A stretch of 64,000 nucleotides of DNA from Octopus sinensis (taxonomy: Eukaryota): NCBI RefSeq assembly GCF_006345805.1, contig NC_042997.1, positions 193,688,001 through 193,752,000 of the forward strand, in the 5' to 3' direction. Numbering within the stretch: position 1 is the stretch's first letter; the number at the start of each line of letters is the position of its first letter. A program made the translations under genes and the position numbers. Positions 23,400-34,410 of the stretch are shown here, piece after piece. The notes under the pieces are model-generated. The model ran no database searches, was not told the DNA's origin, and saw only the letters and a list, made by a program, of their open reading frames with translations.

Positions 23400-24360
23400 C
23401 GTGCGCATGCAAACACGTACGCAAAAACACACATTCACGCGCCAGCGCAGACTAGATATGCATGCGTATCTATATATATGTGTATATATATAGATATGCC
23501 TATCCTTTTCCCGGCAACATGGGAATTTTAATGTATTTATGATACCGAAAATATGATATCGTGATGACGATGGTGATGATGATGATGGTGATGGTGATGG
23601 TGGTGGTGATGGTGGTGGTGATGGTGGTGGTGGTGGTGTTGGTGGTGGTGGTGATGGTGGTGGTGGTGGTGATAAGGATGACAGCTACAACCATGACGGT
23701 AGCGGTGGTGGTGGTGGTAGTGGTGGTGGTGGTGGTGATGGTGATGGTGGTGGTGGTGGTGGTAGTGGTGATGGTGGTGGTGATGGTGGTGGTGATGGTG
23801 ATGGTGGTGGTGGTGTTAGTGGTGATGGTGGTGGTGGTGATGGTGGTGGTGGTGGTGGTGGTGGTGGTGGTGGTGGTAAGGATGACAGCTACAACGATGA
23901 CAGTAGCAGTGGTGGTGGTGGTGGTGGTGGTGGTTGTGCTGCTGCTGCTGCTTGTAGAAGTGCTGGCGGTGGTTGTGACGATGACGATGCTTATGATGAC
24001 GACGAGGAGAAGGAAGTGGAGAAGGTGGTGGAGGGTGGTGGAGGTGGTGACGACTACGACCCCGATGGTTATGGTGTTTATGGTGATGACGACTACGACA
24101 GCGACGATGACGACGGCGATGGTGATGACGGCGATGACGATTTGATAAGGATGATGACGATAACAACGACGATGTAAAAGTATTCATAAAAGTATTGTTT
24201 CCTACGACATGTCACTACGTGAATGGTATTTATTATATAATACAAATACAAATTATTCTGTTTATGATTACCATTTGAATGTTTGGTCGTTTCGTTTTTA
24301 AGAATACTAAACTATCAGAAATGATATTCGAATAAAATGGAAATGTAAAATTTTTCTAAT
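23400..24360 (+). repeat. Dispersed repeat family G, copy 1, containing a ~610-bp (GGT/GAT)n array
   Basis: The flanks on both sides of the array match the reverse complement of ~29640-30150. Confidence 0.75.
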
Positions 24361-24474
24361 TTTTTTAGTTTTCTTTCCTTTACTTCAATACAACAAATTC
24401 TTGATTCAGTTTCTATGTTAAAATTCATATTAACGCATAGGAGTTCAAAACTCAGAGTGAAACGTCAGCTACGA

Positions 24475-24495
24475 TCTCTCTCTCTCTCTCTCTCT

Positions 24496-24581
<86 letters not shown>

Positions 24582-24680
24582 AACACACACAGGCACACAC
24601 ACACACACTCACTATTTGTCTGTCTGTCTCTCTCTCTCTCGCACACACACACACACACACGCACACACACACACTCACTA

Positions 24681-24713
<33 letters not shown>

Positions 24714-24825
24714 TGCACACACACACACATACAAACGCACACACACACACACACTCACTATCTGTCTGTCTGTCTGTCTCTCTCTTGCACACACACACAC
24801 ATACACACACACACATACACCGCAT
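24475..24825. repeat. Compound (CT)n-(CA)n-(TCTG)n microsatellite with a higher-order unit
   Basis: Block CTCTCT.GCACACAC...CACTCACTAT.TGTCTGTC repeated 3-4 times. Confidence 0.9.
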
Positions 24826-25219
24826 TTTAAAATTTTCTATTTTTTTATTTTTTCCATTGTTTTCTCGCCTCAACCTTTTGTTTAGAAGAACACAGGCACG
24901 AAAAGTTGAAGACTTTCCCATTTTTCTTGAGCGTCAAGCTAATACACCTTATTTGTTGCTTCTTCACCTATCTCTGCTTTTTGTACAATTTTGAACCATA
25001 TATACATGCATGCATACATACATACATATCTACATACATACATACATACATATACAATCGACCGGCTAATACGTACATTACAAGTGCAATCTGTCAGTGG
25101 CAGAATAAAAATATGCAAGACTTTTCTCTGGTTCCAAATGGGAATTTGTGTCTGTGTTAACTACATCCCAAAGAGTGTGTATGCATCTCTGAGTGTGTGT
25201 GTATGTATGTGTGTGGCGT

Positions 25220-25659
25220 TTGTATATATATATATATATATATATATAAACATAGTATGTATGTATGTATGTATGTATATATATATACATATATGTATAT
25301 GTATATGTATATATGCATATATATAAATATGTGTGTATGTATATATATTATACATATATGTATATGTATATGTATATATGCATATATATAAATATGTATG
25401 TACGTATATATATATACATATTAGGTATATGTAATATGTATGTATGTATGTGTATATATATATACATATATGTATATGTATTGTTATTATGCATATATAT
25501 AAATATGTATGTATGTATATATATATACATATATGTATATGTATATGTATATATGCATATATATAAATATGTATGTATGTATATATATATACATATATGT
25601 ATATGTATATGTATATATGCATATATATAAATATATATGTATGGTAATATATATATATG

Positions 25660-25704
<45 letters not shown>

Positions 25705-25710
25705 GCACAC
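25220..25710. repeat. AT-rich minisatellite, ~58-bp unit
   Basis: Unit ATGTATGTATATATATATACATATATGTATATGTATATGTATATATGCATATATATAAAT repeated about six times. Confidence 0.9.
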
Positions 25711-27151
25711 ATATATATATAGAGAGAGAAAGAGAGAGAGGGGGAGAGAGAGGACAGACATACAGACAGAAAGATTCAGTACATGCATACATATATAAAT
25801 ACATATATATACAAGCAAAAGGACCAGGTTTCACTCGGGTTATAAACCCATAGCCTTAATACAGTACTCTTTGTAGTGTAATTTTGCGGAAAAATTGTCT
25901 TTCGGAGGGTTTGGAGGTCAAATACGTTGAATGCACACGAAAAAAAACTGTGGAAAAAAAATTATTTCACACCAAGGTACGAACGGGTTCTTTACGATAT
26001 ATTTACCCATGGTTATTTATTGACACACAAATAGACTAGTACAGAAGATTGTAAACAATGAAAGTAACTGTAATAATTTTTTGGTACCAGATATCGTTAC
26101 AACGGTAAACACTAGACAGAATGGTTGACAAAATGAAGAGAGAATGATAGAGGTGTGACGTCGTAGTCGTCGTGATATAAAACGTCCTTTACTATCTCGT
26201 AGGCAACGAACGCGCAAACACACAGACACACACACATACACACACACTCAGAGACGCGTACACACTCATATATAAAATGTAACGTCGTCGTTGTCGTGGT
26301 ATAAAATGTCCGTTACCATAGTTAATTAAAGAAAGATTATTTTCGAGAAAATATTATATTGTTTCAAACCAAATGAGAATAAAAATTACATGTTGATCCT
26401 CGCGGGTCCTTGTAAAATTTGATTTGATTTGGAGCCATTTGACAATGCATAGGGAACAGATAAACAGACAGACAAAGAATTTTATATATAGATAGGTGTG
26501 TGTACATACATAAATGCATACATACATATACATTTGTTTGTGTGTGAGTGTGTGTGTGAGTGTGCGTGTGTGTGTACGTGTGTGTGTGTGTGTGCGTGTG
26601 TGAGCGTGTGTGTGTATTTTAAAATCCACGGGCAAAGTGATATGCTTGAATGCTCAGAACTTGTATTTCTTTGCTTGAACATAATCTGAAGATGCTTTCT
26701 CATTTCGTCTTTCACAAACCAGATGTTCAAGCTAAAGGTTTGTTTGATCTATATGACGCTACATATTCTGCTTCTGTTTTGAGAAGCAGTTGCTTAGGGA
26801 TATACATAATGTTGTCATTTAATCCTTTGCTTGCTTGAGCACAATAGTAATATGGAGCAGACTAATCAGAAGTTTCCTTATTAGAAGCGAGCCTCGAGAT
26901 ACATCTACTTTTGTTATTACTAAGTTTATAAAAACTATGGATGGATGGCAGGAATAAATACTAATGTAAGTTTCTCATTAGATTTGTTGCACAGTTTAAG
27001 TTGAAAGTGAATCTCTGGAAGTTTACAGTTGTTTCAGAATTCATTGGCGAAATAAACGTGATTAGTGGGACAAAACACTTGTAAGTGTTAATGAGTTCTT
27101 TTCTAGCGGTGTCTAATAAATGCATCTTTGCGTATGCACGCACATAATACG

Positions 27152-27241
<90 letters not shown>

Positions 27242-27256
27242 ATCTATCTATCTATC

Positions 27257-27402
27257 TTCCCCCCTTTTTTGTCCTCTTTCTTTCCCTTTACGATCCCTTT
27301 TGATCGAAAACCAAACCCCCTTTTTTTATCCCCAAAAGAAAAGCTCTACCTTGTAATTTGTCCTGTCTGTGTGCAGCCCTGTGTGGCTAATAAAGAAACA
27401 TA
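27257..27402 (+). mobile_element. Short retroelement 3'-end fragment with a T-type tail, inserted in (TATC)n
   Basis: Ends TTTGTCCTGTCTGTGTGCAGCCCTGTGTGGCTAATAAAGAAACATA; (TCTA)n tracts on both sides. Confidence 0.6.
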
Positions 27403-27431
27403 TCTATCTACCTACCTACCTACCTACCTAC

Positions 27432-27462
<31 letters not shown>

Positions 27463-27709
27463 AGTGTAATTGTTATCTCAAATAGATTGCACTTCATGTT
27501 TGAGGCTCCGATGAAGCTATAAGCTGTTACTTAGGTACTCAACTATGAGTCCACTGCATCATGTAGCAGAAACAGCTGTAAGCTAATAAAGTCCATAAGA
27601 TAATTGTTTATTCCTTTGTAATATAATTTTTCTGATCTGTACATACGTACATACACACACACATACATACATATATACATACATACATACACACACACGC
27701 ATATATATG

Positions 27710-27757
<48 letters not shown>

Positions 27758-28056
27758 TAAATACAAATGGGACAAGAACACAAAACATCTGGACAACTAG
27801 GTGATACAAAAAGGGACAACAAAACATCCAGATAGACGATACAAAAAAACAAGGACGGATCATTCGAAGCATTTTATCCTCAGTCAAGAACCGGATCATC
27901 CTCGCAATTTCGGCTGATTAATCTTGAAATTGCTCCAGTTTGGCCAGACCCAAGGGAAAACTAAGCTAAGAGCATTAGATTCCTTGGAAAAAAAGCATGG
28001 AATGTGTAGGAAAATAGATGTGAGATATGTAGGGATATTGCATTTGTAGATCCATT

Positions 28057-28380
28057 TTTTAGGCATAATGGTATATATATAATATTCCAACACCTTATGA
28101 GTAAAATCCAATAGAATTTAAAATTGGTCGTTCCAAGTGTAGAGTTTATACATAGTGTTATTGAATCCAGGGTTGTGATTAAAGTGACCTTTTAGGCGGA
28201 ATGGCATACATATAATATTCCAATACCTTATGCGTAAAATCCAGTAGAATTTAAAATCGGTAATTCCAAGCATAGAGTTTATACACAGTGTTATTGAATC
28301 CAGGGTTGTGATTAAAGTGACCTAAAAATAGGGAGTGTTTTCGTCTTTCATAACTGTACACATACTTTTGCACCACCCTG
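28057..28380. repeat. 133-bp tandem duplication followed by a Tc1/mariner-like terminus
   Basis: Units 28057-28189 and 28190-28322; terminus ...TTTTGCACCACCCTG|TA (reverse complement TA|CAGGGTGGTGCAAAA). No partner TIR found. Confidence 0.6.
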
Positions 28381-28522
28381 TATATATATTTATAATTAAA
28401 GTTCATTCCCGTGTTATATAGACTCCTAAGGGCCGATTTCGTGGTTGCGATGGCGTATATATTTTCCACCTGGACGGGATGCTGGTCTGTTGCAGAGTTA
28501 CTCATTTTTGCCAGCTGACTCT

Positions 28523-28565
<43 letters not shown>

Positions 28566-29301
28566 TCTTCTTCTTCCTTTTCTTCTTCTTGTTCTTTTCC
28601 TTCTTCTTCACTTCCTCTTCTTGTTCTTTTTCTTCTTTTTCTTTCTTTTTTTCTTTCTTTCTTTCTTTTTTCCCTCCCACCCTTTCTCTAATTCTTCCTT
28701 TCACCGTTCTCTATCCGTCCCTCCCTCTCCCTCGCTCTTCCTCCTTGACTCTCTCGTTGCTCACACGTGACCAGTGGCCATCTTTCTTCTAACTCGAATT
28801 TTCTTTCTTTCTTCTCATTACACTAGAAGTGACAGTACGCATTTTTGTTTGTCTCCTGTCAAAGCTTATTTCTCCAGTGTTCACCACTTCACCTCGTTAT
28901 GGTTTAACAACCCTTTCCGTTTGTTTTAACTGTCCTGTTTTTTGTTACCAACTTTAACCCTCCGCAAATCCCAAATTTTATTTAATTTGCTTTGCGGGAA
29001 CGACGGTTCCTAACGTTCGAAATGCGGAGTAGATAAAACAGTGGATAACTGATGAAGGGATTGTTCTTTATGTTGCCTACCTCGCTTTTCTATTTGTTTC
29101 TTTCATTATTCGAAAAAAAGATAGTTTTCCATGCTTTTGTTTTCCATATCCTCGTTTTTCATGTTCACGTTTTTTGAAGTCCTGTACTCAGATATACATA
29201 AGTATATACATATATATAAGTATACACATGTATCTATGTTTATATGCATATATATATATATAATATATATATATATATAATATATATATATATATTTTAT
29301 A

Positions 29302-29351
<50 letters not shown>

Positions 29352-29541
29352 TATATGCATATATTTATATATATATATTTATATGCATATATTTATATAT
29401 ATATATTATATGCATATATATATATATATTTATATGCATAACAGCTGTGGTGCCCCAGCATGGTCGCGGCCTTCGGGCTAAACATTTTAAAGGATATATA
29501 TATATATTTATATGCATATATATATATATATATGCATGTAT

Positions 29542-29573
<32 letters not shown>

Positions 29574-29639
29574 TCAGATCAAAATGTTACACAGAGTTTC
29601 TCTCGTAATACAAGTGATCACAAACTTAATCAAGAATTT

Positions 29640-30150
29640 TTATTTAAGCAAGTGACAGTTAGAACATTTTTTAGATTTCATCATATTTCATTTTTATATA
29701 TTTAATATTCTCAGACATATTTTTCACTACGAAACAGCAAAAACATTCAAATGTTAATCGTAAACAGAATAATTTATATTCGTTACGTTGTTATAAAATA
29801 AATACCATTCACATGTTGACATGTCATAAGGGAACAATACTTTTATTCATCGTCTTCATCATCATCGTCGAGGGCGTCGTCATCGTCGTCATCATCATCA
29901 TCATCATCATCATCATCAATATTGTAAACAATTATCGCCATCATAAATGCTTTAATATTCCCGCGTTGCCAGGAAAGAATGGACATACGTTTATGTATGT
30001 AAACATCTGCATATGCATGAGTGTAGGGTGTGCCTCTGTGTGCGTGTGTGCGCGCGTGTGTGCGTGTGTGTGTGTGTGTGTGCGCGCGTGCGTGGATGTG
30101 TGTGTGTGTGTGTTGTGTATATGCGCAATATTTAATGGAAATGCTAGCAA
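29640..30150 (-). repeat. Dispersed repeat family G, copy 2, with a short (GAT)n array
   Basis: Shares TCCTGGCAAC.CGGGAAT and ATAAAAGTATTGTT.C...GACATGTCA...GTGAATGGTATTTATT with copy 1. Confidence 0.75.
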
Positions 30151-30481
30151 AATTCTATTACATAAACCAGAATTATCACAAGTAAATCTATCAAAGATAC
30201 AGTAAAACTATTGATTTCTAACGCAGGCACACACATACACATACACACATACAGACATACAGACATACAGAGACATACTTATAAACGTTTATACGCACAC
30301 ACACACACATACACACACACGCACACACACATGACAGAAGTAAACAGCCACCCCATAAAACATCGTTTAATAATTATTCTAACTTGTAAAGGTTTATTTT
30401 TTTTATTAATTGACATTTTTATGTTTCAGATTTTATATGTCACTGTATAATCATTTTATATGTGACTGTACAAAAGGAGGC

Positions 30482-31477
30482 ATGGAACTATCTGAATTTC
30501 AAAGATGCCATATTGTGGGTCAATCTGAAGGTGGACATAGGGTAAAATCGCAGAAAACCTCGGGATCCCGCTTTCTACAGAGCGATTGTGCTATTCACTT
30601 AAGAGGAGAAGGAGTCCACATCACCTCGCCCAGGTTGACCAGGGTTCCCTGACAGGACCGTTCTCGTTGTTAAGCGAAGTGTGGAGGATAATCCTCGTTG
30701 CAAGACCTCTGACATTGCAGAACACGTTGATATCAGTCCCAGAACAGCTGTTAGATATCTCCACGAACACGGTTACTATGGCAGAGCAACAAGAAGGAAT
30801 CCACTTCTTTGACCAGCTAATACCAAGCGGAGAAAAGATTGGGCCAATGAGATTGTGGAGAGGCCACTAGCGTTTTGAGGCACTGTCATATTCTCCATTG
30901 AGTCTAGGTTTGCTGTATTTTCTGACAGTGGTCGTGTGTGGGTCTGGAGAGTATGTGATCAACAATCTGACGTGAAAAGATTGCAGCCAACAATGAAATA
31001 CGGCAGCTATTCTGTGATGGTCTGGGGAGTAATTTGGAGAAATGGTCAATAAAGTTGGTGGAGTGTGAGGGAAACATAAATTCAGATAAATATATAACCA
31101 TATTGCAGAAAAGATTCCTTCCAGCCTTCTCCTGTGGTGAAATGATTAAAGAAGAACCTTTATTTATGGAAGATGGGGCTTCATGTTACACGGCTAAAAT
31201 TACCCAAGATTTGATGGATGAGAATAGCATTAAAAAGCTTCCATGGTCAAGCCAGTCACCAGATATTAACCCTATCGAATACCTCTGGGGCATAATAGGC
31301 AGGACAGTTCATAAAAAGAACAAAAAAACATCTTCAAAGCCAGATCTTTTGAGATTACTGCATGAAACTTTGCAAGAAATTCCTCAAGAGAATATTCGTC
31401 ATCTGATCATTAGCATGCCTAATAGGGTCCTTGCATTGAGAAATGCAAAGGACACTATTATTATAAGAAACAAGTAA
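30482..31477 (+). pseudogene. Decayed Tc1-like transposase (DD34E)
   Basis: N-terminus MELSEFQRCHIVG, then FS(I)ESRF, VMVWG, FMEDGA...SPDINPIE with 34 residues between the second D and the E. Frameshifted; TIRs not recognised. Confidence 0.9.
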
Positions 31478-31489
31478 TAATCCGTTTTA

Positions 31490-31689
31490 CTGGGAGCACA
31501 AGGCCTGAAATCTTTTGTGGAGGAGTAAGTCAATTATATCAACCCCAGTATTCAGCTGGTATTTCATCGATCCTGAAAGGATAAAAGCAAAGTCGGACTC
31601 AGGTGGAATCTGAACCCAGAATGTAAAGGGAGCCGAAATGCCGCTAAGCGTTTTATCTGGCGTGTCAACAATTCGACCAGCTCACCACC

Positions 31690-31722
<33 letters not shown>

Positions 31723-32891
31723 GTTTCAAATTTTGGGAGAAGGCCAGCAATTTCGGTTGTCAAGCGTTGGTGGGGACAAACACGACGTAAAGACACACAG
31801 ACACACATACACGCGCGCACGCACACACACACACATTTAGTTCAAATTTAAAGAAAACAAAGGACGAAACAGGTGTAGGAACAAAAAGCAGGTGTATTAG
31901 TTTAATGCTCGGGAAGAATGGAAAAGCATCTGACGTTTCGAACCTACGCTCTTCGATAAAAAGGATTAAGAGGTGAAAAATGGAGAACGAAGAAAAAAAA
32001 AAGGTAAGAGAAAAAAAAGTGTTTGAATTAACGGTTCAACATGATGAAATGACTAGAAGAAAAAAGTTAGGGGCCTCTTTCCGTTTCCACCTACCAGATT
32101 CTTTCACAAGACTTTACTTGACTCAAGGCTATAGTAGAAGGCACTTGCTCAAGGAGCTACGCAGTGGGACAAAACCGGAAACCACAAAGCCACGACTACA
32201 TCTAATGTAATTTCTTTTTTTGACAGAGGGCCAGCAATTTGAGGGAAGGGGCAAATCGCTTACATCGTCCTCAGTTACTTGACTGGTACTCTACTTTAAC
32301 AGCCATGATAAGATGAAAGGCAATGTTGACTTCAGTGGTATTTGAATTCAGAACGTAAAGAGTCAAAAGAAATGTCCTTAAGCATTTTGTTCGACGCGTT
32401 AACGATTCTGCCGTCTCGCCGCTTTTCGCTAATGCTATAATGGTTTTAAGTTTTGGCACAAGGCCAGCAAGCTTATGGACCCCAATGCTCAACTTTTTTT
32501 TATCAACCCCGAAAAGCTGAAAGGCAAAATCGACCTCAGCGGGATTTGAACAGAGAACGTAAACAACCGGAAGACATGTTCATTGTTTTAATGATTCTGT
32601 TAATCTACCATCTTTACAATGCAACTTATTTTCTAATTTTGGCAGCAGGCCAGCAATTTGAGGAGAAGGGCTGTTTGATTGCATTGATCCAAATGTTCAG
32701 CTGGTACTTATTTTATCGACCCCGAAAGGATGAAAGCATATCGACCTCGGCGGTATTCGAACTCAGAGTGTAAAGGCCCAGAAGAAGCATTTTGTCCGAC
32801 GCATTAATGAGCCAACCAATCCACCACTCTCCCTCTCCTTCTTTTTCTTCCTCTTTCTCTCTTTCTCCCTTTCTCTTACTCTCTCTCTCTC

Positions 32892-32922
<31 letters not shown>

Positions 32923-33740
32923 TCCTCTCTCTCTCTCTCTCTCTAATGTAATAATGATTATGATTCGAGTAAAATGGCGCATTGCCATAAATTATTAGTC
33001 AATTGAATCGACTCCAATGGTGATTTGATAAGGGAGACAGAGAGTAATTTGGTTGGCGCAAATAGATGTATTTACCGACAAATTTTGGTCTTAATTACTG
33101 TGGGATTTCTGCAAGGAGGCAATTACTCACCGGTTGGGTTATATTTAAATGAAGTACCGATCGATATGTTAGCTGGAAGAACAGATGGGTCCCTTGGAAA
33201 CCGAAGAGTCAAAAGGATCCATTGCTTGTGCATTGATGTAACAGATCCACTACGCCTAACTGGAAGTTTCTAATGACATCATGGCGTAAATTAGGATATC
33301 AAAAATATAAAGCCTTGTCTTTCGAAAACCAAAAAGGAAGGCTGCTGTTACTCACAGAAGAATAGAATGACTCAATACAAACAGTAATGATGAAGTCCAT
33401 TGTTACTTGTTTCTAAGGTGGTGAGCCAACAGAATTCTTAGCAAGCCGGACGAAATGCTGCTAAGCATTTTGTCCTTACGTCGTCGAGCTCGACTTTGCC
33501 TTTCATCCTGTCGGAATCGATAAAATAAGTACCAGTTGAGGATTGGGGTCTGTGTAGTCGATTTACCCGCCTTTCCCGAAATTTCTGGCCTTGTGCCAAA
33601 ATTTGAAACCGATATTCGTATTGGGTCTGTACATTATGATTTCCCGCCAAGGTCAACTTTGCCTTTCGTCATTCTGGAGTCAACGAAATGATATATCAGT
33701 CAAGAACTATCGTGGATGTAATCGTCTAGGGAAAAAAAAA
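31490..33740. mobile_element. Cluster of degraded SINE-B and SINE-A fragments (several copies, both strands)
   Basis: B-box complements TTTGAACTCAGA-like at ~31610, ~32345, ~32545, ~32760; SINE-A pieces at ~31750 and ~32090-32190; plus-strand SINE-B at ~33420. Excludes the unique island at ~33000-33410. Confidence 0.75.
33131..33259 (-). CDS. Candidate internal coding exon of an unidentified host gene (129 nt, phase 1-1)
   Basis: Strong donor CCG|GTGAGT and a modest acceptor AAACTTCCAG|. Exactly one frame is open (RRSGSVTSMHKQWILLTLRFPRDPSVLPANISIGTSFKYNPT). Lies in a non-repetitive island; no partner exon identified. Confidence 0.3.
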
Positions 33741-33744
33741 GTCA

Positions 33745-34410
33745 TGGTTGTGTAGTTAGAAGCTTGCTTTCCAACCATATGGTTCCGTTTTCAGTCCCAT
33801 TGCGTGGCAGCTTGGGCAAGTATCTTTTGCTATAGCATCGGGCCAGCCAAAGTCTTGTGAGTGGTTTTGTAGACGGAAACTGAAAGAAGCCTGTCGTATA
33901 TTCCTGATCGTCAAACTAATACACTTGCTTGTTGTTCCTACGCCTTTCTTCGTCTTTGTTTTTCCATGAATTTTATATATATACATACATACATACATAC
34001 ATACATACATACATACATACATACATACATACATACATACATACATACATACATACATACATACATACGTATGTACGTATGTATGTATGTATGTATGTAT
34101 ATATATATATATATATGTATATGTGTGTATTTATTTATGTATGTATGTATGTATGCATGTACGTATGTATGTGTGTGGCGTGTGTATGTGCTTTAACGTC
34201 TGTGTTTGTCCTTCACCAGCTCCTGACAACAGTTGTTGGTGTGCTTACGTCCTCGTAACTTAGCGCTTCAGCAAAGGAGACCATAGAATAAGTACCATGC
34301 TAGAATTTAAAAAAGAAAACAGCCCAAGGGGCGATTCATGCGACTAATTAATTCTTCAAGGCGATGCCCCTGCATGGCCGCAGTCTGATGGCTGAAACAA
34401 GTAAAGAATG
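33745..34410 (+). mobile_element. SINE-A with a family-P fragment and expanded microsatellite in its middle
   Basis: Head 33745-33900, insert 33901-33973, (CATA)n, tail ~34195-34410. Confidence 0.8.

Noticed and set aside
23561-24187. 194-aa poly-Val/Met ORF (+) and 123-aa poly-His ORF (-)
   Set aside because: Both are readings of the (GGT/GAT)n array; no splice signals or domain content.
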